Source of the DNA: Auanema rhodensis
Lineage: Eukaryota; Animalia; Nematoda
NCBI GenBank assembly: GCA_964057225.1
Contig: OZ059899.1
Location: 16,306,001-16,370,000 of the forward strand
DNA length: 64,000 bases
Direction: 5' to 3'
Shown in pieces: positions 1-11,541 of this stretch. Below the pieces are notes generated by a model. It had not been told where the DNA came from. It ran no database searches and saw nothing but the letters and a program-made list of their open reading frames with translations. The stretch's first letter is position 1. Each line of letters opens with the position of its first letter. The position numbers and the translations under genes were made by a program.

Positions 1-508
1 AAAAATAGATAATCCGAGAATAGGTATTCAGATGTGTAGAATCTGAAATTCCGGGTTAATCTTGGCTAGGAATTCTCCTGTTTCCGGAAAAACGGTTTAT
101 ATCGAGATCATCCACAAGATTTGTTCACAAACAAGTTCAGGCTGTGGGCACTGTGTGCCCGGTGAATGTTCCTTTTTCTCAAAAATTATCAACTAAAATC
201 AAAAATAGATAATCCGAAAATAGGTATTCAGATGTGTAGAATCTGAAATTCCGGGTTAAATTTGGCTGTTTTACTTTTCCGGAAAAACGGTTTATTTCGA
301 GATCATCCACAAGATTTGTTCACAAACAAGTTCAGGCTGTGGGCATTGTGTGTCCGGTGAATGTTCCTTTTTCTCAAAAATCATCAACTAATATCAAATA
401 AAGATGATCCTAGGTTGGGTATTCAGATGTGTAGAATCTGAATTTCCGAGATTTGGCTCGAACCTCTCGTGGGTTTAAAATGGGTTTATGTGGAGCCCAT
501 CTACAAGG
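1..508. repeat. ~195-200 bp tandem repeat (minisatellite or MITE-derived array), truncated by the window start
   Basis: Unit 1 is 1-200 and unit 2 is 201-395; both begin aaaaatagataatccga and share gtattcagatgtgtagaatctgaa and cacaaacaagttcaggctgtgggca. A degenerate partial third unit spans ~396-508. Confidence 0.9.
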
Positions 509-740
509 TCAAAAATATATATAAATGCATATGTTTGCTTAGAAATATAAATAACTTCATAATAGTTATAATTGCACAGCGATATAAGCCATTAGTGAAA
601 TAATTGATCAGTGTCAATTGCGTTTCAAATATTTCATCTAACATATCAAGTAAGAAATGTGATTATTCCAATAATACTTTTAGCTTCGCAAATTCCTACA
701 TTTAGTTTCACTCCTTGCTTGGATGAGATTCATGTGGTAA

Positions 741-2346
741 TTAAAGGCTTCCTCTTAGTAATTTGTCGTATTCTTTTGAAATAGAATCTGAAAGAACATA
801 GTGAGACAGAAAATAATGTGATACCAACTTAAGATGCAAATGGTTCGGATAGCATATGGGCACCAACTCCATAAGATTCTTTTCTATTTCTTCGCTTGTA
901 TCGGGAACTGTGTAAATTGATATTGAATGCACTGATTTGTAATGTCTCCTAAGCTGAAAAAAAACAAATAAAAATGATTATTTATATATATAAACAAATA
1001 CCCCATATACATTATAAAAATGTTTTCCGCACTCTTTACATTTTCGGGATGGTTCTTTGTAATGAGTTCGAAGATGTTCTGCGAGTGAGAATGTACCATT
1101 TCTTCTACAGTATAATATAGTCTTATTACAATCCTATACAACATTGCACACTAATAAAATTAATAAAACACAAACCTTATATTGACACCGAATATGATAT
1201 TTCTCAGAGCAAATGGGCACTGCAGCTTCAGATGTATTACTGCCCTTGTTTTTTTTTGAGTTGACCTTAGATTTTTCACTGCTATCAATAAGTTCGGCTT
1301 CATCTTCATTATCCCTAAATGAAATAATCAAAAACATATTATAATTAACTTGATGAATACTTATGTACAACAGAATTGGCAATTAGAAAGGAGTTTGTAT
1401 TTTGAAGATCCGCCGTTAAGGGGCTGGTATCACTGAGATCATTAACTGGTGAAATAGTGCATAAGCTTTCTAAATTGTTGTAAATTACAAAATTTATTTA
1501 TAAATATATGCTAAAACTAACGATCAGACACACACGACAGGAAAGATAGTTCAGGATCTTCATTCAAATTTAATTCACTAAGTTTACAAATTAATTAAAA
1601 TATTCTTTTCAAAACGTACCCAGTTAATTTCTTACACTCATCAGTAGATGTTGATTGACCGAATATATCGGTTACTTGAAATATATCAGTGAACAGGGAA
1701 CAATTGATAACATTCTTATCCATCAGAGCTTGAATGCTATCTTGAGTACTTTCCTTTTTTGTTAATTGTTTTTCATTTTTTTCAATATCTTGTATAATAC
1801 TATTCAAAACTCCTTCAACAGCTATATCAATAGTATTGGTGCTATGCACTTCTGGCACTTGACTATCTTCCTTTAAGTTTTTATATAAGTTGCTTTCGTC
1901 TAAGTTATAATAATCCCGACCTAAATACAGTAAAATAATTAATTATCAAAACGGTTTAAAGCCGAATGTACCCATCACAGTGCTCATTTGGAACACTGGA
2001 GGCTGGTTATAATCACGTTCATATATGGGAGTTGAGCAATGCCATCCACTATATTCATGTGGTTGAATATTCTGATTCGTGTATTCATGATTCACAGATT
2101 CGACGTGTTTGAATGATTGATCATAAGCACCATTACAAGACTCCATATCTTGTTCATAGGCTGGGATTTTTAAAATTAGAAAATTATAGATACCAACAGA
2201 TTTCTATAAGTAATTAAGAAATTTATTCCAAAATGAAAATGGCAAATTACCATGAGACCGTCCAAAGATATTCTGTTTTCATTTATCCTGTTGACAGAAG
2301 TACCGAATATATTTATTTGAATATGATAATTCAAACTATTCATCAT
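741..2346 (-). CDS. HIM-8/ZIM-like double C2H2 zinc-finger protein, paralogue 4 (spliced)
   Basis: Exon 1 is 2346-2251 (MMNSLNYHIQINIFG...). Exon 2 starts at 2203 and contains WHCSTPIY. The finger region spans an exon ending at 1176, exon 1133-1002 and exon 953-741, reading IRCQYK|DCNKTILYCRRNGTFSLAEHLRTHYKEPSRKCKECGKHFYNVYG|LRRHYKSVH...LVPICYP. GT-AG junctions are in frame. Confidence 0.75.
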
Positions 2347-2427
2347 TTCTCTATTAATATAGAAGGCAGTGAAGTTCTGGGCTGACAGATCAGAGTTGAA
2401 GCAACCAACCAGGCTTTTTAAAAATTG

Positions 2428-2457
2428 TTTTCGTCTCGGGACCTTAAATTCAAATTT
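2428..2457 (-). promoter_or_regulatory. Conserved upstream motif of paralogue 4 (AAATTTGAATTTAAGGTCCCGAGACGAAA)
   Basis: Lies ~80 bp upstream of the ATG. Related motifs precede all four paralogues. Confidence 0.55.
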
Positions 2458-2655
2458 TTGAGCTTTATTGGCTGAACTTTTAAGAATTAAGAGCTGTCAG
2501 TGGAGGCATTGTAAATCTGATTTTTTTATACTAATAAGACATTAATTTGAAAACAATTTTGAATAAAAAATATTTATTACAGTATTGAATTCACAGCTTT
2601 AGGGATTAGAAAATTTGACCAAGTGTTGTACAATCCTATCAATTTAAGTAGATGA

Positions 2656-4499
2656 CTACATCTCGTCATCATTAAATTCGAAGTTGATGCTTCGACGCGT
2701 TCGGCTAAAATTATATCTATAACATAAGAGATGAGAACAAAAATTCTTCTTCAGATGATACTTTAAATGTGTATATTTGGGAAAACATATAGGAACCAAT
2801 TTGGATATTTGTTCTATAACAGATTTATTAGTCGAAGGGACGGTAAATGGTATTTCTTTATGCCGTACAATATGATGTTTCCGCAACTAAAAATTAACTT
2901 TACATTTATATATAGATACAGATAATACCGAATAAATAGAATAATAAGTAGCTGGGCATAGCGTGCACAATCGTGATTTTCTTGGAAGATGTTTACGTAA
3001 GTGCTCGCTTAGGTTGAGTGTACCGTTCTTTACTAAATAACTTAGTATAGAAGTACAATCCTAAGAATATTATACTATCACTTTTATGAAAAATAATTTT
3101 TCTAACCGGATATTGGCATTTAATACGAATTCTTTTCAATTTCTTAGCATTAATTGTTTTCGGTGATTCCTCCACATCGCTTTCCACTGTTAGCGATGAA
3201 GTATCCACAAAGCTCGTCACACTTCTGCTTAAAATTTCAAATTAGTTTCAGTGATCCAATATTCTTTATGCCTGCATATGGTTTCTTCCGCCTCTTCATC
3301 AGCCTTTTTTTCACATCTGGAATATAAATAACATGTATAAAAAGTGGATGGGTATGTACCGTTCCACAGTATGTTCATTGTTTTCAACACTAGCAACAGG
3401 TATATCTGGGATTATGACCTTAGATTTTTCACTGCTATCAATAAGTTCGGCTTCATCTTCATTATCCCTAAATGAAATAATCAAAAACATATTATAATTA
3501 ACTTGATGAATACTTATGTACAACAGAATTGGCAATTAGAAAGGAGTTTGTATTTTGAAGATCCGCCGTTAAGGGGCTGGTATCACTGAGATCATTAACT
3601 GGTGAAATAGTGCATAAGCTTTCTAAATTGTTGTAAATTACAAAATTTATTTATAAATATATGCTAAAACTAACGATCAGACACACACGACAGGAAAGAT
3701 AGTTCAGGATCTTCATTCAAATTTAATTCACTAAGTTTACAAATTAATTAAAATATTCTTTTCAAAACGTACCCAGTTAATTTCTTACACTCATCAGTAG
3801 ATGTTGATTGACCGAATATATCGGTTACTTGAAATATATCAGTGAACAGGGAACAATTGATAACATTCTTATCCATCAGAGCTTGAATGCTATCTTGAGT
3901 ACTTTCCTTTTTTGTTAATTGTTTTTCATTTTTTTCAATATCTTGTATAATACTATTCAAAACTCCTTCAACAGCTATATCAATAGTATTGGTGCTATGC
4001 ACTTCTGGCACTTGACTATCTTCCTTTAAGTTTTTATATAAGTTGCTTTCGTCTAAGTTATAATAATCCCGACCTAAATACAGTAAAATAATTAATTATC
4101 AAAACGGTTTAAAGCCGAATGTACCCATCACAGTGCTCATTTGGAACACTGGAGGCTGGTTATAATCACGTTCATATATGGGAGTTGAGCAATGCCATCC
4201 ACTATATTCATGTGGTTGAATATTCTGATTCGTGTATTCATGATTCACAGATTCGACGTGTTTGAATGATTGATCATAAGCACCATTACAAGACTCCATA
4301 TCTTGTTCATAGGCTGGGATTTTTAAAATTAGAAAATTATAGATACCAACAGATTTCTATAAGTAATTAAGAAATTTATTCCAAAATGAAAATGGCAAAT
4401 TACCATGAGACCGTCCAAAGATATTCTGTTTTCATTTATCCTGTTGACAGAAGTACCGAATATATTTATTTGAATATGATAATTCAAACTATTCATCAT
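2656..4499 (-). CDS. HIM-8/ZIM-like zinc-finger protein, paralogue 3 (chimera of the paralogue 4 N-terminus and paralogue 2 fingers)
   Basis: The ATG at 4499 opens the same first exons as paralogue 4. The C-terminal exons (IKCQYP|DCTSILSYLVKNGTLNLSEHLRKH...CTLC...|LRKHHIVRH...LVPICFP) are identical to paralogue 2. Confidence 0.65.
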
Positions 4500-4580
4500 T
4501 TCTCTATTAATATAGAAGGCAGTGAAGTTCTGGGCTGACAGATCAGAGTTGAAGCAACCAACCAGGCTTTTTAAAAATTG

Positions 4581-4610
4581 TTTTCGTCTCGGGACCTTAA
4601 ATTCAAATTT
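4581..4610 (-). promoter_or_regulatory. Conserved upstream motif of paralogue 3
   Basis: Duplicated copy of 2428-2457. Confidence 0.5.
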
Positions 4611-4808
4611 TTGAGCTTTATTGGCTGAACTTTTAAGAATTAAGAGCTGTCAGTGGAGGCATTGTAAATCTGATTTTTTTATACTAATAAGACATTAATT
4701 TGAAAACAATTTTGAATAAAAAATATTTATTACAGTATTGAATTCACAGCTTTAGGGATTAGAAAATTTGACCAAGTGTTGTACAATCCTATCAATTTAA
4801 GTAGATGA

Positions 4809-6623
4809 CTACATCTCGTCATCATTAAATTCGAAGTTGATGCTTCGACGCGTTCGGCTAAAATTATATCTATAACATAAGAGATGAGAACAAAAATTCT
4901 TCTTCAGATGATACTTTAAATGTGTATATTTGGGAAAACATATAGGAACCAATTTGGATATTTGTTCTATAACAGATTTATTAGTCGAAGGGACGGTAAA
5001 TGGTATTTCTTTATGCCGTACAATATGATGTTTCCGCAACTAAAAATTAACTTTACATTTATATATAGATACAGATAATACCGAATAAATAGAATAATAA
5101 GTAGCTGGGCATAGCGTGCACAATCGTGATTTTCTTGGAAGATGTTTACGTAAGTGCTCGCTTAGGTTGAGTGTACCGTTCTTTACTAAATAACTTAGTA
5201 TAGAAGTACAATCCTAAGAATATTATACTATCACTTTTATGAAAAATAATTTTTCTAACCGGATATTGGCATTTAATACGAATTCTTTTCAATTTCTTAG
5301 CATTAATTGTTTTCGGTGATTCCTCCACATCGCTTTCCACTGTTAGCGATGAAGTATCCACAAAGCTCGTCACACTTCTGCTTAAAATTTCAAATTAGTT
5401 TCAGTGATCCAATATTCTTTATGCCTGCATATGGTTTCTTCCGCCTCTTCATCAGCCTTTTTTTCACATCTGGAATATAAATAACATGTATAAAAAGTGG
5501 ATGGGTATGTACCGTTCCACAGTATGTTCATTGTTTTCAACACTAGCAACAGGTATATCTGGGATTATGACCTTAGATTTTTCACTGCTATCAATAAGTT
5601 CGGCTTCATCTTCATTATCCCTAAATGAAATAATCAAAAACATATTATAATTAACTTGATGAATACTTATGTACAACAGAATTGGCAATTAGAAAGGAGT
5701 TTGTATTTTGAAGATCCGCCGTTAAGGGGCTGGTATCACTGAGATCATTAACTGGTGAAATAGTGCATAAGCTTTCTAAATTGTTGTAAATTACAAAATT
5801 TATTTATAAATATATGCTAAAACTAACGATCAGACACACACGACAGGAAAGATAGTTCAGGATCTTCATTCAAATTTAATTCACTAAGTTTACAAATTAA
5901 TTAAAATATTCTTTTCAAAACGTACCCAGTTAATTTCTTACACTCATCAGTAGATGTTGATTGACCGAATATATCGGTTACTTGAAATATATCAGTGAAC
6001 AGGGAACAATTGATAACATTCTTATCCATCAGAGCTTGAATGCTATCTTGAGTACTTTCCTTTTTTGTTAATTGTTTTTCATTTTTTTCAATATCTTGTA
6101 TAATACTATTCAAAACTCCTTCAACAGCTATATCAATAGTATTGGTGCTATGCACTTCTGGCACTTGACTATCTTCCTTTAAGTTTTTATATAAGTTGCT
6201 TTCGTCTAAGTTATAATAATCCCGACCTAAATACAGTAAAATAATTAATTATCAAAACGGTTTAAAGCCGAATGTACCCATCACAGTGCTCATTTGGAAC
6301 ACTGGAGGCTGGTTATAATCACGTTCATATATGGGAGTTGAGCAATGCCATCCACTATATTCATGTGGTTGAATATTCTGATTCGTGTATTCATGATTCA
6401 CAGATTCGACGTGTTTGAATGATTGATCAGAACAGGGTTCGTTATGCGGAACTTCCATAATAACAAAATCAAAAACTCCAACGGACTTCTAAATGGAAAA
6501 GGATGTTTCAATCAAAGATTACGATGTTACCAGTATATATTCTAAAGATATACCATTCCTCTTGATTTTGTTTATTGATTCGCCGAATATATTTATTTGG
6601 ATATGGTAATTCCCAAAAGTCAT
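4809..6623 (-). CDS. HIM-8/ZIM-like zinc-finger protein, paralogue 2 (spliced)
   Basis: ATG at 6623: MTFGNYHIQINIFGESINKIKRNGISLEYIL|KSVGVFDFVIMEVPH...WHCSTPIY. Fingers are C-x4-C...H-x3-H and C-x2-C-x12-H-x4-H, followed by LVPICFP. Stop at 4809. Confidence 0.75.
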
Positions 6624-6714
6624 TGTAGTGAAGAAAACTCCAGGAAGAACAACAAAAAAATCAAATCCAGGTAGAAGCTTAAATAGCTCAAATCACTTAT
6701 GTTATGTTAATTTG

Positions 6715-6748
6715 TTTCGCTGCGGGACCATATACGCAAATTTGAATT
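6715..6748 (-). promoter_or_regulatory. Conserved upstream motif of paralogue 2 (plus strand tttcgctgcgggacc...aaatttgaatt)
   Basis: Lies ~90 bp upstream of ATG 6623, with the same GGTCCC-x-CGAAA core plus TTTGAA. Confidence 0.5.
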
Positions 6749-7062
6749 GGCTTCAATCTCTTACCAACTACCTGTAACCAATTATCCAAATTTCAATCGG
6801 ATTTATCAAGAATTTCAAAAATTATTTTTAACAAATGAATTCATAAAACCAATTGAGGTAATCTATATGAAAAGAGATTAGAAATATAAATATCTTTATT
6901 ACGGGATTAATAGCACAGGGATAGCTTGTTCATTTAGTAGTAAATGTATAAAAAATATAGTGGTGATTTTTGCTCTTAGGCCGTACTTCCAGAATGAGTT
7001 GCATGTCTTAAACGTTTGAAATGTATTCTATAAATAAGCTGTGATACTAATGAAAGTAAATA

Positions 7063-8858
7063 TTAAAACCTAAGATGAACATGGTCTGGGAAACAAATTG
7101 GTACTAAGCTCTTCAGTTTTATTTCGTCACTAATATTGGTCTCCGGGCATGTATATAGCATATTTTTATGCATCCGATAATGATGTCTTCTTAACTAAAA
7201 AAGAACAGTAGGGTTACAAGAAAAGTTTGTTATCAACCAAATAAACATTATAAAATCGACTTTTACAATGTGTACAGTATCTGCTGGGTCGGTCCAGGTG
7301 CGAACGGATATGCTCGGCAAGCCTGAAGGTACCAGCCTTCAATGAATATGACACGGACTTGTTACAGTTCTGCAAAATAATTGTTGAACATCGAATGTGT
7401 TGAATAACCTACCGGGTATTTACATACAACCTTTGTAATTGAGTTTTTCACATCCACTCTAGAAATTTGTTCGCTGTGAGGTGAATCGTTAAAGCAATAT
7501 GTAGGCATATTACCTATTCTGACTTTCGGATATTTTTTTCATAACGAAAGGATTGCTTTCCGGATTCTTCGGTTTTGAACACTTCTTTTCGCAATAGCTC
7601 AAAATTAAACTTCTTTAAAAACTCTCGCCAAAACTCACCTTTTTTTTTGTCTAGAAGTAATAAATGAGTGTGAGAAAAATATATAAAATAAAATGTTTAC
7701 CTCTTTCGCAAGTTCGGCAAAGAAGATAAACTTGATAAGGACTCAGAAGAATCAGTACATTTGGTTTGTTTTTTGTTTTCAGGTTTTTCTTTAAGTTCCT
7801 CATTAACAGAACTGAAGCTGCTAATATATTTGGGAAAGTTCAAATTTCAGTTAACAAACCAGATAGTTCCAGCTTTAACCGGTTCAGCGCATTTTTTAGT
7901 ATTTAGATTATTACATTCTTCGTCAGGATTTTCATTTAATAGACTTCTAAAATTAAAAAAAATTATATTAGAATCATCATCGACTAAACATACTGATCAT
8001 CTATACAGGAACTACTATGTACATCTGTTTCTAAAATAAATAAATAAAGCTTCTCCTAGACAGAATAAAACATACGTGATGATACGCAAGATTGAAATGA
8101 AACATCTAAATTTTTATCCAAAAACTCAGTTGTTTCTAGATCACTAGAAACTTTTGAATTTTAAAATGAAATTTGATTTCTTATTACCAAATATAATCTC
8201 CAGCCGAGGAATCCATTCCATTTTCAAGTGATTTTCCCAAGTCAAAATTACTAATTTGAATTGTGTCTGTGAATAAAGAACAGTCTATTAGACCTTTTGT
8301 AGATGAGTGGGGAATTTTCATATTCGATCCAGCAATCTGCTTTTCATCTTGTTCTATGCGTGAGACTATGTTCTTCATAATATCCTTAACTGTGTCTTGA
8401 GAATGATTTCTTGACATGTAGTAACTTTCTTTATTTTCAGCGATTCTTAGATCGTTGTCTGATAACAGGAATTAAAAGTTTTCAAAAATTCCCACTAACT
8501 ATTTCGAACGAAGCTAATGTCAAATCGAGGAGCATGGTGCGGACTATACAATGGCGTTGAGCATTGCCAGCTTTTTGTGTTTTGAGGTGACAGTCTATTC
8601 TCGATAGGAGTATTGATCCCACTAAAGCTAGATTGATCGAAATGCTCATGATAGACTTTCGAATAATTATGATTTTGATTGTGTGGAATTTCCAGAATCA
8701 CAAAGTTGTAAATACCATTTGATTTCTAAATAAAATATAATATTTAGTTCAATATATAATTTTACCAAAACTTGATCGAGTGATATATTATTTTCAACTA
8801 TATCATCAATGGCGTCACCAAATATGTTTATTTGAATATGAAAATCGTGACACTTCAT
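7063..8858 (-). CDS. HIM-8/ZIM-like zinc-finger protein, paralogue 1 (spliced)
   Basis: MKCHDFHIQINIFGDAIDDIVENNISLDQVL|...WQCSTPLYSPHHAPRFDIS...KVVCKYP|NCNKSVSYSLKAGTFRLAEHIRSHLDRPSRYCTHCKSRFYNVYL|LRRHHYRMH...LVPICFPDHVHLRF*. Middle exons were not all resolved. Confidence 0.7.
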
Positions 8859-8927
8859 TGAACCTGAAATGCTTAAACTTCGAGAAAATTAAATTAAATA
8901 ACAAGCATGTTTCAGATTAATTCAATT

Positions 8928-8958
8928 TTTTCCGTTGTGGGACCTTAAATTTAAATTT
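8928..8958 (-). promoter_or_regulatory. Conserved upstream motif of paralogue 1 (plus strand ttttccgttgtgggaccttaaatttaaattt)
   Basis: Lies ~70 bp upstream of ATG 8858. The gggaccttaaatt core is identical to the paralogue 3/4 motif. Confidence 0.5.
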
Positions 8959-9257
8959 CCAGCGCTTCAGCTTCAGCTGAGCTACTCAACAAAGAGATCA
9001 TCAACTATCCAGGCCTGATATTAAGCTCAAAGTATTTTAAAAATTAAAAACAGATTTCAATATATATATATATATTAATAAATATTATGAATTATAATAT
9101 AATTTAACTTTATTACTATATTTTGAATTTTAAATTTACACGTAAAGTATTGAAATTACAAAAGCAGTAAACATGTAATTATGAAATTTTCATAATAAAA
9201 TCAATAAATTTGTCAAATTATTTATATGAAATACAAGTAATTTTAATAGATAATATA

Positions 9258-11472
9258 TTAATTATTTTTTTTAGTAAAAATATCATCTTCATCTTCTTCA
9301 ATATCGCTGCCGAAATCACTGTCAAAATCAATGCCATCAAAGGCGGAATCGTCATCAGAATCCTGATCTCTGGACCAGTTATATGCTGATGCTCGTCGTA
9401 ATTCTTAAATATTATGAATAATTTCTAAATTTACCGTTCTAAATTGATTGTTTTACCTGTAGGATCACGCTCCAACACATCCTTTAATTCCTTTGTTGTC
9501 TTATTATCAGGAGGCAAAATTTCGGCGACAACTCGTAACATCTTCGGTGTACTCAAACATGAGATCTTGCAAGTTTCTTCCAACCCCTTGTCTTCAGTCT
9601 TAGATTCCTCAGTTTTCTTATCATTTTTCAACATTTGTCTATATATTTCATTCATAATTGTTTAAATAAATCAAATAAACATACGCTGCTTTTTTCTTGA
9701 GCAAAGCTTGAGCTTGGGGATAATACTTAATAACATCATTCAAATCTTCTTTTCCTAATACGAAAAGAGTTGTATATCCTTTAGCTTTAATAGAAGCAGT
9801 TCGTCTATTATTCCCACCAATAGCCAATAAACTATAAATTTTTCGACTTTAATCGATATATCATGTTGAGCTTACCTAATTTCTCCAAATACTGATCCTT
9901 GAGTTAGTTCAGCAAATACTTTTTCATTGTTATCTCCACCTACTACTTGAAGCACACCTTGATTAACGATATACATTTCTTTTCCTACATCTCCCTTAAA
10001 TAAAGAAAATTTAAAAATTTTTCAAATTTCAAGAATAGCAAACCTTTTTACAAACAAGATCACCTGGTAAAAAGATAACAGGTCTAAGTTTAAGAACAAG
10101 ATCTCGAAGTAATGCTCGATCACAATCCTAAATTGAAATATAAAATATAAATATTTATCATTGAAATTTTAATATATACCTGGAATAATTGAACTTTACT
10201 CAAAGTATTATAATGAACAGATAAAGCTAAATCAGTTTGAAGTTTAAGCGGAAGTTTCTCAATTAATTTCTTTTCATCTAAATATTAGTTATTAGTTATC
10301 AGAATATTATCTAACAACAATGTACCTAACGTCTTCTGTTGTTGCCATGTATAGATGAACCAATCACGAACTCTATCAGTTAATTCTTTTGTCAAATTCA
10401 ATCGTTTGCATTCTCCTAATGCTAAATCCATTTTTCTTTGATATTCCTCTCTATTACGATTTGCATTTGATACGATATCACGAATCTAAATAAGATGGTT
10501 GGACGTCAAACTTCAGAATCTGAGAATTACTTGTCCAAGCAGCAAAGCGAATACAAACACACCCATCATCCAAGAGAATGTCATATAAATATATCTGAAG
10601 ATAGAAAACATGTTTAGTTTTCCGGTATACAACATTTCAAAAAAAATCATCTTAAACTTAAAGCTTACTCAATAACATTAGTTGGAGCTGGATTATTACC
10701 GGTTGATGTAGCAACAGCAGCTGTGAAATAGAAACACCGGATATAAGCATTTCCTGGTTATATGAGATGAGAATTCAGAAATTTCGATGATTACCGTAAT
10801 ACCTTGATTGTTATAAACCCATTTATTCAAGTAATATTTTCCATTTTCCATATAAGCTATTTGACCAAAAGCTTGCCAAGCACTCAACATATAGTATATG
10901 CAACTATTACAATGAATTATATAAACCATATATGATAATGTTCGAGCTATTCTTAATTATATTGTGTTATGAAGCTTAATCTCAATGAAATGTGCTCAAA
11001 CCTAATAGCGTATGGGTTTGAGACAGCATTATCCAACATATCGAATAAAGCCCAGAAAGCATCAATCTGAATAAGTTTAATATTTCAAGTTTCAACTTCT
11101 TTAGCATTTACTTTGAGAATTCGATTTGCCCGGAATATAGCAATAGGACCAAAAAAGATATATGCTAGATCTATTGGTAGAATACTGATGAAATCAATGA
11201 AAAATAGGCGACTTCTACGATAGTTTTGTCTCATTTCTCTGGGATCAGACTACAAATTTTCAAATTTACATTTACAACTGAGAATAAGAATAATGAAAGT
11301 TGAATACAAAATTCTTACAATAGATCTTCCTCCTCTCATAAATCGAAGACGAGGTTTGATAAGTATCATATCAATAAGATATATACCATCAGATATATAA
11401 TCAACTGTCATCCAATAGGCTATATTAGTTTTGGTCTAAAACTTGATTTTGAAAACTTATTCAAATACTATA

Positions 11473-11541
<69 letters not shown>

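Larger units (their letters stand above)
1262..6429. repeat. Apparently identical tandem duplication, period 2153 bp, structure A-B-A-B-A (A = 862 bp x3, B = 1291 bp x2)
   Basis: Identical ORFs recur at offsets of exactly 2153 (1595/3748/5901, 2656/4809, 2993/5146). Identity starts at tgaccttag (1262/3415/5568) and ends at gattgatca (2123/4276/6429). Confidence 0.95.

Noticed and set aside
120-170. Minus-strand reading HRAHSAHSLNLFV in the 200-bp repeat resembles the hAT transposase CxxHxLNL motif
   Set aside because: There is no Cys, a stop follows within a few codons, and there is no other transposase sequence.
1262-6429. A-B-A pattern read as an LTR retroelement
   Set aside because: Block A lacks TG...CA ends, there is no gag/pol, and both blocks consist of exons and introns of the zinc-finger genes.
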